Under the pieces are notes generated by a model. It was given only the letters and a program-made list of their open reading frames with translations. It ran no database searches and was not told the DNA's origin. DNA of 64,000 nt, taken from contig CAJNYD010000012.1 of NCBI GenBank assembly GCA_905331295.1, positions 62,001-126,000 on the forward strand. The letters run 5' to 3'. Shown piece after piece: positions 25,730-40,000 of this stretch. The number at the start of each line of letters is the position of its first letter. Positions within the stretch are counted from its first letter, which is position 1. A program made the translations under genes and the position numbers. Origin of the DNA: Rotaria socialis (Eukaryota).

Positions 25730-28407
25730 ATTGATGACAAATTTTTCTCATTTTAAAATGCATGAATAAAAATCATCCCTATTGATGAATATCTTTCAAA
25801 TTGATATTTCTTTGGATATTGAATAAATTCATAAGCTTATTCAGCAATCTTTTCCGAAAGTACATAACCGGAGAGGACTCGCAGCAAAACGCCTAGCAAA
25901 AACAACTTGCTATAAAATTATAAGGAGAATGAATGCAAATCAGTTGATAAGTTGAACGAACAAGAAACGAGAGAGTGCTTGAGAAAGTTTTATTTTGTAG
26001 ATATTATTCTGTTCGTTAAGATTTTGTCATATGAAGAAACGAAGCATGACTCACTTATATTTTTTCCTCACAATGCAAGATAAATTGTAAGAATACCGTG
26101 GACCATGAATGCTGTGATTTTGAATAAGAAAAAATGTATGAACAGTATACTGTTTATGTGGATGTGGGTGTGACTCTTTTCTTTTTCAAAACACCCTAAC
26201 TTTCAATGAGTTATGTGTAAATAAATTAATAACACTTAACATAAGCTCATCAAGCAGTTCTTTTCCTGAATTCATTTGAAAAGAAAAAAACTGTAAATGT
26301 TTCACACCGATATCGTCAGTTCCTTTTTAATGCAAGCGATAAGTAAAAGGTACACATTATATTTTTTATTTATAACTTTTTCTTTTGTTCGTTCGTTCGT
26401 TTCCTTTGATAGTATTGTTATGATGAAAAATTTCAACTTATTTAAATTTCTCTTAATTAAAAATAAAGTAACGATTACACAATGTACAGAAAGTCAACAA
26501 AAATTTCAACATTAGTATGTAACGTCTAATATGAAGATAGCAATATCTTTGTTTTTCACTTTTATTCATGTATGTTTGACTTACTTGCTGATGGCGCAAT
26601 ATATCCGTATGGACTTTATTGCAGTCGGTATTTTCTTTTCACAAGGAATAAATAGTATTTTCCCACTTCGTCAAGTTCTTATCTTTGTATATAAATAGAT
26701 TTGTGTGCTTGTTTCATAGTTTCTTACGGTATAGATGACTTCTAACACATGTATCGTACATTCTCATAAGAATGTATCTAAATTTCATACTGCCACTAAA
26801 CAACTTCGTCTTGAAAACTGGTTTCCTGCTGATGTTTATCAACAATTACTCACAAAATGTTGTTCATGTAATGGAAAGAGAGGTAAATTTAATCAACTAA
26901 TACATTTGTGAATGAAATTGGGGCAGTATATATTCGTTTTGATTTTCAATTTAGGTTTGAAGACAATCGATCTCGAAGTACTACGTAAAATATGTGACGA
27001 CATAATGTTGTCAGCGGCTTCTACGCTCAAATTTCGATTTTCATCAAATATGAGCGAGTTTGTTAAATTAATGAAGTCAAAAAAGTGTATTTGCGATCTA
27101 ATTGCTATCTAAATATTTAGATTAGTGTCAATGGAAACACCGGAAGACAATTCTGACGAAGAAGTGACCCATAATGAAGATAGAACTGATGAGTTAGACG
27201 AAAAAATATCACAAAAATCGAATTCGACAATTAATGCTGAACATACCAGGTCGCCAGTTCCGAGGCTCGGCTCCGTATATTTCCGACCCATATTCGTCGG
27301 AACATACCCGAGACCTCCGATGTATTGCGGCCAACAGAATCCTGCCTCTATGATCCGGTGACGTCCGATGTTTTACGGTCGGAATCATCCGGTAACTCTT
27401 GACTTGGATACAGAAAACCAACATAAATCGTCCAAGCAAAGAATTATAAAACAAGACTTCTCAAAAGGTACGTCACTTATCTCATAGGGATGAAAATGTG
27501 GCAAAATTTGAAAGTATGTTCTGGAATAAAATATTAAACATGCCCATGATAAATGCGAACAAGTCACATAGTCGCTATTTTATTTTCCCTTTCGCTGCTG
27601 CCCATTATGAATATAGATATTTTAGTATCATCGTTCTTCTATTGATAATGCTGATAGAAATTAAGATCAGTCAAGTACTAATTCGCCTATTGTTGCTTGT
27701 TTTCAGTAGTACGAGGAAAAAAGTCATTATTCTTATTTTTTTTAAAGGACCCCGCCGGATAAAAAATTTTTCTAGAATCGATTTCATTTTTATATAGTAT
27801 TGTAGAGCTCGTTGAGATACATCAAATGGTATACAGGAAGTCAAGTTTTCATAACGATTTTGTGTAGTTACAGTCGATATACTACCTATACTGGCATATG
27901 GTACTAATAGAAAATGTACACTCCTATGATCATCTCTAATGAGTATATACATATTTAGTTTTATAATTCAGTTCGATACAGTAATGAGTGATGCTCACTT
28001 TTTCATATTTGATAGTTTTCATCACTACTGCTTTGCTACTGAAAAGAGTCATCTTCTATCGATGAATGACATTTTTTCACCAAAATACGCTTTACTGTTT
28101 TCAGTCCTGTGCAGAAGAACAATGTGGTAACAATGTGAATCTTTTCTAGAGCATATCTGTCACTGAGCTCTACATATTTGATAGACCGAGTTTTTCTGAG
28201 CTGCAGGGGCTCGTCGGTAGTCTTGAAAATAGTGGTAAAAAATCGGCTATTTTCTCATATAGAGGTCCCAGTACATAGACAATATTCCAACAATGTGCAA
28301 TTGAAGTTCTGAAAATTTTTATCCATCTATAATCAGCACACATTCCCCAACAATTTGATGCCAATAGATCCTTTTGAAGCCGAAAAAATGTTTTTCACTT
28401 TTACCAT

Positions 28408-28589
28408 CCTGGAGGGGGGTACAGGGTGCGAGTTATAAATAGTAGACCTATAATTTTTGACATTTCTTTTATAAAACTCAATTTCAATCAGACATACTAC
28501 GTCTACTGTTGAAACCCTGTAAGAATTTACCAATAGATCCTCTTTATCTCAAAAACCATATTTTTCGTTTTCCTGTACCCCCCTCCAGG
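28408..28589. repeat. Inverted repeat from a dispersed repeat family (related motif at ~3511-3531)
   Basis: CCTGGAGGGGGGTACAGG at 28408 vs CCTGTACCCCCCTCCAGG at 28572; CCCTGTACCCCCCCTCAGG at 3511. Confidence 0.6.
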
Positions 28590-29339
28590 CTGATAAAANC
28601 AAACTTGAATTCCTTTCTACCATAGCAAACTAAAATCAAGAGATCATCACGAGTAATACTTTTAATAATTCAGCGATGATTGTTAATCCGATATTAAGCA
28701 CATTTCCTGCTGATCAAATCAATATTCAACCATACTGGATTGTCGTCCTTGGACTGCTCGTCTCACAATTCTTCCAACGAATATGGCATCAATTCAAACA
28801 TCACACATGGTTCACAACCCTTGAGATAGCTGGTCTGATACTGATATTTCAACAGCGCTTATCAAATTAGAGTACAAAAGAGAAGTGGGCTTCTGCTGTT
28901 ACAGTCCAGCCGAATCATAGTGGTAGGACGATTAACATGAGATTATGCACAAAAAATGAATTAATCTTAATGAGCATCCTCTTCGAATAAGTATCGCAGC
29001 TTCGTTGGTTCTGTTTTGTGTTTAAATAATCGATTCTTTAGAATAACGCGTACGAGCTAAGCTAGATAAACCCACTTCACATTAGATTCAACTGAAAATT
29101 CTACAACGATATTAGGATTATCTTGAATTTGATCGAAAGGAAAAATGTCGAAAGTTAAAGATGTCAAAGCTGAGGCGATACTTCCATACATTTTTGTCTT
29201 TGTGAAAATGAATCAGCCAGTAGACTTGATTAAAACAAAACGTTTATTATTAAATGAAGAAGACTGAAAGAAAACCTAAAAGGTTTTTAGGAATGATAGT
29301 TGATCCATCTTTAAATAATATTCTATCTGCTTGATTAAA

Positions 29340-29490
29340 ACTTCCTTTTTTTACCACAATTAAAGATAAACGTTTAAAGAGTTCACATGCTGTAATGAGA
29401 TAATTGCTATACCTATCATACAACGTGTTTATTCGACTTTGTAATGCTGTTGCCCTTGTGTCTTTCGGTTTCGATGCACCAGATGGTCAT
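29340..29490 (-). mobile_element. Possible second MULE transposase C-terminal remnant
   Basis: Translates GASKPKDTRATALQSRINTLYDRYSNYLITACELFKRLSLIVVKK, resembling MULE C-termini. Short and degenerate. Confidence 0.35.
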
Positions 29491-30594
29491 TAAAGTTTAT
29501 ACCTTCTTTTTTCGAATTAATGAAATATCAATCATCGTTGATGCTAGATATTGAATCAGAGGGGGACTCTCACTTTTATTTTGTTTCTCGAATAATGAAT
29601 GATTGGAGATTCTTATTCGTATTCTTCTTTGTTCATTTATTTGTACTGAATGAACAATAGTGATAGACGAATGATAAATTTATAATAAGATAAGTCAATA
29701 TTCGTCGTGAAATAATGACATCTTCATCACACACCTTTCCAAACAGTCTTGATTTAAATTTCCCTTTTTTTACAACAAAGTTTTATTTCAATGTTCGTAT
29801 TTTCGACATTCTTAATTCCGACCAAGTTCAAGTTTACCGATATTAGAACATATATGAGTGAATCATTCTGTCATTTCGACGAGTCTCATTCAAAGCATGA
29901 CAAAATGGTTTTCAGGTTTGAATTTTACATTTCAACGAAAGAAAAATCTAGAAAGAAAAAACTCAGGATTATTGCTCTGTGAGATATACCATGTCAAATA
30001 TATAATAGGATTGTATGAAAATCTCTATCCACAATGAGGCTTTCATTTATGAAGAAAAACGCTATTTTCTGTATAGTGACATTTAGTAATTTTCTTTTTA
30101 CGTATACTGAATAGTGGGAAATATTTCTAATAGATTGTCTGTCGATAATCTAAGTTTAAATACTGGCGTTGAAGATCTGATGGTTCCAAGATCTTTCAAC
30201 TGATTAAAAACATTGTTCCACAATCACGTTAGTGACGCTAGTTCAACATGAATAAATTCGGTAGTAACAATTATTGAATATATTCTTTTCCAAATCTCAC
30301 TATGGTTCTTCGCTTCTCTCTGAAATAATATTCTAAAGGCGAGCATTATCTATCAGCGGAATACGCCAAAAGTTTCGAATATTACTATCGGATATTCGCA
30401 TATTCTTGTTAAATTTTTACCAATTTTAAGGTCTAGTGGCATTCTCCAAGAGAGAATCAAGTTTAGAGAATCAGAATGATACTTAGCATTCATGATCTAG
30501 TGTTTCGCCCTTCATTAATTCACTAATAATTTACATAACTTGTTGAAAAAAGCGCTTAAAAATACTTTATTATCTTTTTCTCTTACATTGTACG

Positions 30595-31182
30595 TTGTCA
30601 ATAGGGGGGACAAATGGTGGCTTGCAAAGCGATAGAGATCGTCTCGAAAAGTTACGTAGTATGTTTGTTGTCGATTTTTTCGATGCCATCAGCTGTTTCA
30701 TGACATTCGATCATGCTGTCTGGTATTGTGTAATTCAGTCGACATGTAACAACTCGTCATCGTCAATAGCAACACCCTGGAACTGCTACAATACTCTTGG
30801 ATATCGTCTATTCAGCTGCATTTTTGTTTCATATTTTAGTACACTATTGGACTGTGCTTACCAAGCATACGTACTAGGCTTTTCCGAAATCATAAAAACC
30901 GATGCTAAGCGAGGCAGCTTCTCTTGGATAGTGCATTACGCTACGTTGATTGTTATAGCTCTGTCACTTATATTCACGACTTGCATCCTGTTGCCTTTTG
31001 TTATTACAAATCTCTTCCCAATGCTGGTCATCTATATTTGGACGCGCATAGTCTATATTGAATTTTGTATCTATTGGGTGTGGGTGTGGGTCTTTAGAAA
31101 AAAAGATGGGTACTTACATTCACACTCTCAAAATTTCGTTATATTTTTTACGTATAGGTATTTAAAGTTTCAGAAATTTTAA
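30595..31182 (+). CDS. Uncharacterised multi-pass membrane protein fragment
   Basis: 195-codon open frame with several hydrophobic segments; no recognisable family; start not defined. Confidence 0.35.
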   Translation: MSIGGTNGGLQSDRDRLEKLRSMFVVDFFDAISCFMTFDHAVWYCVIQSTCNNSSSSIATPWNCYNTLGYRLFSCIFVSYFSTLLDCAYQAYVLGFSEIIKTDAKRGSFSWIVHYATLIVIALSLIFTTCILLPFVITNLFPMLVIYIWTRIVYIEFCIYWVWVWVFRKKDGYLHSHSQNFVIFFTYRYLKFQKF

Positions 31183-31203
31183 GCACGAAATCAAACAAGA
31201 AAA

Positions 31204-32082
31204 TTAAGAATCACAGTGAACAGAATCTATGACATCAATAGGTCTATCGTCATATAAAGTAATCTTCATGTTCGGTCGAAATCCACAATTCTCATGGGCA
31301 TATCCACATTGATTGCTCACTATTCTCGTAGAATTCATGATCAGGTCAGTCGACCAATGTGTATGTCCGTACACCCACAAACGAACAGGATCAACACAAT
31401 CTGTATCATGATCGTTAACGAACGCATCCATTAGGTCAGACTCTTCATCTTCTGTTGAACAAGTGTCATGACGGCAAGGTGCATGATGTGTAATGATAAC
31501 CACATGTTCCCCATTGTTGCGTGCCTTTTCAATCTCTTCACGCAACCAAACAAGCTGTTGCGTGTGCCATTCATTAGTATCATCCACTGTGATTCGACGT
31601 TTTCTTGTGCTTTTCCCATCTTTTGTCTCAACCCTGATCGAAATTAGACTATAATCGTTGAGACATCGACCTATTCTACTAGCGCTTTCTCGAGTAACAT
31701 GAGTCCAGAGAGTAGTGCCGAGTATACGCACACTATTGGGAAGAAGATAACTTTTGTTATGTAAAAAATGAATGCGAGAATTGAGTTTATCGAGTTCTTG
31801 CAGTTGTTGAAGACGGCCTTCCTATTCACCTTGGTAGAAACAATGGTTTCCAGCCACAAAAAAAGATATGTTCGAATCTTTGGCACAGAGTAAGTAAGAA
31901 CGTTTGTAAAGATGGCACATCTGGTCTTCCAATGTCGCCGGCGAGTATTAGAACTGGTGCTACAACTGAAAATTCGGGAGGAATTACATTGTCGAATTCC
32001 AAATGCAGGTCACTCATGAGCATTATCTGAAAAATTGCTTTGCTTCAGATTCGGGAACTTTCTTTGCTGCTTGATTATCCAT
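31204..32082 (-). pseudogene. Intronless calcineurin-like metallophosphoesterase pseudogene
   Basis: Motifs MSDLHLEF, LAGDIG, VAGNHCFY, RILGTTLW, IITHHAP, WVYGHTH, SNQCGY. Lesions: frameshift near 32025, +1 T in a run at ~31858-31864, in-frame TAG at ~31822. Confidence 0.85.
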
Positions 32083-32793
32083 ATGTAATTAGAAGAGTTT
32101 GAATTCTGAAGAGAGACGAACAATAATATTTTTGCTAATTATTATCAATTCCTAAGGCAAAACTTTTCTTAATGTTACATAGTTTATATCTCATTCGAAT
32201 CTTAGATGCACAGCAATATACTTGCAAAATCAATACGTGAGTCCAACAACAATGAGGAAAATATGTGATCTCAAAGGTAAGACTTGACGAAACGTACTCA
32301 AAACTTTGGTTCGATTGAAATCTATTCGAGGAATCACTAATTTTGATCGAAGGTACTTCCCTTTTTTTCTCTATGAATGCTTCTGCATTCATTCGACAAC
32401 TGTGTTTCTGACACGCTTGCCAGTGTGCAATTTTGCTGTGCACAATATTTTGATGAAATAAAAGTTACACTCTCGTTAAACACACCTTTAGCACTTTGAA
32501 AAAAAGTATTAATCAAGTTTTTATCGACGAAGAAAAATTATTGATTTTGAATCTGATAGAATCACCATATATTTACTCACATGAGAATAACCAAATTATT
32601 ATTTCTTCAAGAAGAATGAAAAAAAGCATGGGAGACCTTTTTATAGTTATGCATGATAAGTGAAGATGACTATTCATATATACAGAATAAGAGAAAAAGA
32701 ACGAGGGCAATGATGTTTCTACGACAACGCCATGACGCTACAATAACTTTCGCAATTTCCCTTTTGCCAGCATCAACATGAGTCATGGGTGAC

Positions 32794-32992
32794 TGTTATG
32801 ATTCGTTTTGATGTTATGAATCATAAGAGATAATGCAGCGAGCTGGAAAGACCACAGAATGAAGAAAAAGATAACTCGCCGCGGGACTCGAACCACGTAC
32901 CTTCTGCTATCCGGGCAGATGTCCTCGACTAGTTAGGCTAGAAGAGACACTTTATCTTCGCCTTATGATCGGATATGGATCAGATCATAACA
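32794..32992. mobile_element. 199-bp TG...CA element with 5-bp TSD enclosing a tRNA-like Pol III unit
   Basis: TSD GTGAC (32789-32793, 32993-32997); perfect 9-bp terminal IR TGTTATGAT / ATCATAACA. Confidence 0.85.
32874..32947 (-). ncRNA. tRNA-like (pseudo-tRNA / SINE-head) sequence
   Basis: A box TAGCCTAACTAG (32940-32929); anticodon-arm stem TCTGC/GCAGA with loop CCGGATA; B box GGTTCGAGTCC (32894-32884); TTTTT terminator (32869-32865). Acceptor and T stems are imperfect and U33 is absent. Confidence 0.7.
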
Positions 32993-33484
32993 GTGACAAA
33001 AATTTTACTAATTATGTATGCGCCAAAACAATGATTTACAGCCTGAAATGCTTCCGACCGAGTGTTCTATACTTTAAAACAGCCTAATTTACAATATGCA
33101 ATGTAACAAATGAAAAATGGATAATGTGCAACTAGAGGCGTAAGTGACTGTAACCTATCTAGAGTCGAACGGCCTCTATCAATTTTACCATCGGACATAA
33201 GTTCAAACCGGATATACATATATGTTCCGTCACCAAATAATTGAAACTATGGTTTATAATTTAAGATCTTCCGTTTGTAATTCTCTTTTTTAAAATTCTA
33301 TTGGCTTCATCCAGTTTGTAAAGCATACAGAGGAAACAGTATTTTGCTAATGGCTATAAATGTGTCATCCACCAAGCATTTCAATTTAATTTCGAGAGTC
33401 AAACATAGCTGACAGTCGACCTCTATCTAATTGTCGACGGTATTCTAAAAAGAATTTATACTTGCTTAGAAATTTAAGTATACC

Positions 33485-35655
<2,171 letters not shown>

Positions 35656-36228
35656 TGAATACTACACGTACTTTACATAACCAACACATATTCGCTCGTT
35701 TCTGTGATTTATAGTCTCTAAGTGTCACATAGAGAAAAATAACATTTATTAACCTAACTTGATGCAATTCACTTTTTGTTCAATGATTTCTATACGAACA
35801 GATAAATGCTTTTAGTAATATTTAACATCATCCATCGATAGTGATCAGTGATTTACAGATAGTCTCAATTTTGAGTAAACAGAATAAACACTTTCAGGAC
35901 CAGCTTCCTTAATAAAGAACACATTTTTCAAAAGCCAGGGGACGTGTTGAGACGTGAGAGTGTGGGTCTTGGTGTGAAAAGAAGACTCATAGTCACACCC
36001 ACACTCAAAACTAGATATGTCTCTTGTCTTCAATAGAATCTTTCCAAAATTGGCCGTCCCTCATCCACAGTAGTCTGATAACTCTCTTAATACGACATCC
36101 AGACAAAGTAGCTCCATCTTTGCACCTGCTTACAATAAATTTATTATGAGCAAAATTTTTAGAAATATAAATGTTTTTACAACTAAGAATGATTTAGTTG
36201 AACTCGAGTTGAAAAATAAAACGGCTTA

Positions 36229-36874
36229 TTATGCGTTCTCGCCATGGATTCGTTGTTGTTTTTTCTGTTCATGTGCCGCATTTTTCAGGGCTTTCGTGGC
36301 TGAGTGCAGTTGGCGGACACCGAATGAAGAATGCTTCTGCCAACCACGAGGAAATGTTTCGTCTTCAAAAAACAATTTGGCATCTTCAATGCTGATGCCC
36401 CCATGTTTACCCGATGAGTGTCCAAGGACTGAGAATTAGGAATTTCTCATCAGTTTCCCTACAGTTATTTGCATACTAAAAGTAAAAATATGGAATATTC
36501 ACGATAATTTTTGTTCTTACACTCATTTTTACTTGCAAAATTGTGAAAATCAATAATTTCATGCAAAAATTATTTTTAAAGTAGCGATATCGCGACTTTC
36601 GTGAATGGTGGAACTGTGAAGGAACCGGTAGTTGGTTCCCATTTCCTCTAGGAATTATCACAACGACACTGGCAATTCCTCGGCACATTAGGAATTCCTA
36701 TCTCTCAGTTCTTAGGCACTGCTGGAATTGTTCGCTTTGCTATCCACTTTGAAGTGCAAGCGAGCAACAGCTACATCATTCGTAGTCAAGATTTGCTATC
36801 TTCGGAAAACGACAAAAAATGTGTTGAACCGTTCTTGATTGAAATTGCCCTGTTGATTGTTACAAAGGGCTGCG
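36229..36874 (-). pseudogene. C-terminal half of a heme-thiolate peroxidase / unspecific peroxygenase-like gene, broken by MITEs
   Basis: AALCNNQQGNFNQERFNTFLSFSEDSK-LTTNDVAVARLHFKVDSKANNS (36874-36720, compensating frameshifts) and LGHSSGKHGGISIEDAKLFFEDETFPRGWQK...* (36425-36229). These match the family pattern D.ALGDN..FN..LF...LT....A.AR....S...NP ... FF..E..P.GW from memory. The PCP and EHD motifs are not present. Confidence 0.6.
36423..36714. mobile_element. MITE with GGAATTCC subterminal repeats
   Basis: CAAGGACTGAGAATTAGGAATT vs reverse-complemented right end TAAGAACTGAGAGATAGGAATT; no TSD. Confidence 0.65.
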
Positions 36875-39060
36875 CACTGTAAAAAAAACGTATAATAATA
36901 TACCCTTAAAGGGTTTATGATACGTTGCACTTTCATAAACCCTTCAAAGGGTTTATTACTGTTGTTCCATTCCCCCAAAAAGGGTTTATTACTTTTGTTC
37001 CATACCCAAAAAGGGCTTATTACAATTTTCATTCAGACAAGCGCCTTAAAAAACGCGTTAACAATCTTTCAGAAAAAAAGAATCCAAAAACAATTGAGTA
37101 GACTATGATTCTTTTTCGTTTGTGTTTACAATGCGGATCACAACGCATTTTTTTGTAATTTATTGATCCGATTAAAATTTTCGGAACTTAATGCGTTATC
37201 CTAGGTTCGATCATGAGATTTATTGGTTGATAGTCCAAGATGTTATCCATTCGGTCAGTCGTATGATATCAATATGAAGTAAGAAATGCTACTTAAATCG
37301 AACGAAACTTTATAGGAGCCTGAAGATGATATAAAGTTAAGCGGAACAAATTGTTATTACATTTTTAATTGTCATAAAAAAAATTCAAAAAAATATTTTG
37401 CATTTAAAAAATTATTTCTTTGGAAATAAAAATGATTTTTTTACATATTTAAATAAATTAGGAAAAAATTGTTTTCGAAGTATATTTCCTCAAAAAAAAT
37501 TTTAAAAAGATTTAAAAACGTTTTGCTTCATTTTTTCAAAAATTTTCTAAAATATTTCTTATTTTTCTAGAAATCTATAACGTATATATTTCTCTTAATT
37601 TTATAAAATTGTTGATCATTTTTTTAAATCTTTATAAGTGCATGTGTTGAAAATAGCACATATTTGTCTGGAGTGATGTATAGGGTGTGAGTCGTAAGAA
37701 ATTCTATTAGGAGATGTAGATGCAAAACGCAGGAAATCATAAATACGGCGTTTTTACGAAATTTCAAGATGTTTTAACGTTTTATAACATGAAAGCGTCA
37801 ATATATATATTCGCTGTAACGCGTTTTTTAAGGCGTTTGTCTGACTGGATTGTCCCATATTTCTGAAATCGATGTTCATAGTTCTTTTCCATATATAGTT
37901 TCGACGAATCAAAATAGAAAAAAAAAGAAATCGCTATTTATAAAATATTTTTATAGTTACATTATTTGTTTGATGTTGAATTAAAGGTAGAAAAATACAA
38001 GATTTATAAAGACATATGTGAAACAATGTATTCACTTTGAATACATTGTACCAATGGACGAAAACAAAAAGAAGGAAATAATCACAGAGAAAGTTTTAAT
38101 ACTTCCGTTTTCATTTTTAATTTTTAATGGAAATAAATAAAAGAAAAGATATAAATATATAAGTAAATCACCCTTATTCTCCATTAGCTGTGGCAATTGC
38201 TCTAAATTAAAGACAACCTTGAATTATTTTTAAAATGTTATTACTTGCATTATTTTGAGCTTATTTTCAACCAAGTAAAGGAAGAATATAAATATATTGA
38301 AGTAAAATACCTGCTTCAATTTGTTCTCTTGGATGGATGTAAAGTCAAACTTTTTTTCTGAACACCAGTGCGAGTTTGGAGTATATCCGCAATTACTATA
38401 ATATCTTTCAGATTGATGTAACTCAAAGTTTTTGTATGAAATTGCTCATGTGAAGCCGTCTGATTTTTATTTTTAAACAATGTGTGGATTGGAGTTTAGC
38501 TCGAAATTTTTCAAAATTTATTAGCGAAATTAGCGTCTCTATATCATACCGTTATGTTTTACGAAACAGGTACGAAATGAAAAGTGCATCGATGCATGAA
38601 TGGCAGCATTGTGAGAAAATGATTGGATTAACATTTTTATTATATTAAATTGTTTGAAGTGTCCTGTGAGAAATTTTCATGGTATATATATATATATCAG
38701 TTGAAAAAGTGTAATCCTTTGAACGAAGAATAAAAAACCCTTTTGATGATGGAGTAGAACAATAAATCCCTCACCGTAGAATAAAATACCCTTTTTAAGT
38801 AAGTAATAAACCCCTTTCTCTAGACCGTACAATAAAATACCCTTAGTACGAAAGTAATAAACCCTTTTATTGAAACCGCATATTAAAATACCCTTGGAGA
38901 TAAAATCATATACCCTTCTCCTTAAATCTCAGATTAATAAACCCTTTTTTTTCTTGTATCATCTTTTTTCATATACCCTTCGTTTCATAAACCCTTCAAG
39001 AGTTTAGCACGATTTATAGAAAGGACAAGGGTTTATTATTCTACTCTTTTTTTTACAGTG
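36875..39060. mobile_element. CACTA/EnSpm-like non-autonomous element
   Basis: CACTGTAAAAAAAA ... TTTTTTTTACAGTG; arrays of ATAAACCC(C)TT / AAGGGTTTATTA subterminal repeats at both ends; flanks CG and TA do not match. Confidence 0.8.
37030..37847. mobile_element. TIR element nested within the CACTG element
   Basis: CA(T/G)TCAGACAA(G/A)CGCCTTAAAAAACGCGTTA inverted repeat of ~31 bp; very AT-rich core. Confidence 0.75.
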
Positions 39061-39732
39061 TAGTCTCCTAAAATGAGCTAAGATTTCGTACATCATGTAC
39101 TGAAACTTTCATAGTTTCGTAAAATGACCTAAGGTTTCGTAATATCTCGACAGACCCATTGTTGACATCGTGTCTCAAAAAAATAGTTCAGACCTTTTGA
39201 TACGGAGCCACCGATAGTTTCCTTAATAATCCAAAGATTTAGTATTTTTTTGCGCTGAACTTCTCGACAGTTTTTATATACCTTTATAGTTTGGTACATT
39301 TTACACGAAGCCCCGGGTAGTATCGTTGAGCATGCGTAGGATCTGTATTTTTTGGCAGCAACTCTTCCAATTTCCTGGTCGGCTATACGATTTAGTGCAT
39401 TTCGAAGAAAACGCTTCAGAGGTTCCAACGTTATTCGAAGGTCTCGTACATTTCATACTGAATCGCAATGGTTCCGTTAAATTTTTTCATATATTTCCAA
39501 TACAAACACGAAAGAGTAAATGTTTCCGCACCATACGGATAGTGGTCTTACTTTCTTTCAATCATCACGAGTTCAGTATTCACGTCAGGATGGATCTCAT
39601 TTAGTCCACTATAAAGAGGCTCCCACCAAAAACATTAAAAGTTTCAACCTTTCCATGCGCGCAAGTCAAAACAATGTATCGTAGTGGCTGCCTTACTTTA
39701 AGAGCTTTATCTGTTTCCACGACACTTTCATT

Positions 39733-40000
39733 TAGGTTATCGAGGCCCAGCAACCCGAATATGTAGTTAGTTTTCCCGTAGAGTTCCCATCGGTGAGAAA
39801 ATCGGTCGCTCCCAGAGCCAAAAGTTGTAGAGGTACCTTTTTTATTTCAAGTTGGAGCTAAATTCTGAGGTAAGCTTGCAATAGGTTAATGAGGTCCAGC
39901 AACCCGAATATGTAGTTAGTTTTCCCGTCGAGTTCCCATCGGTGAGAAAATCGGTGCATCGCTAAGTCGAAAACTGTAAAGGTAGTTTTTTTATTTCAAC
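39733..40000. repeat. ~149-bp direct tandem duplication
   Basis: CCAGCAACCCGAATATGTAGTTAGTTTTCCCGT.GAGTTCCCATCGGTGAGAAAATCGGT occurs twice (units start at 39733 and 39882). Confidence 0.85.

Noticed and set aside
26730..27480. Short exon-like segments with GT-AG boundaries
   Set aside because: No recognisable family and the splicing is ambiguous.
32874..32947. Functional tRNA-Ser(GGA)
   Set aside because: C at position 33, no long variable arm, mismatched acceptor and T stems, and it lies inside a mobile element.
36440..36460. CTGATGA-GAAA on the minus strand as a hammerhead ribozyme core
   Set aside because: No stem II or supporting stems I/III that I could find; it lies within a MITE terminus.
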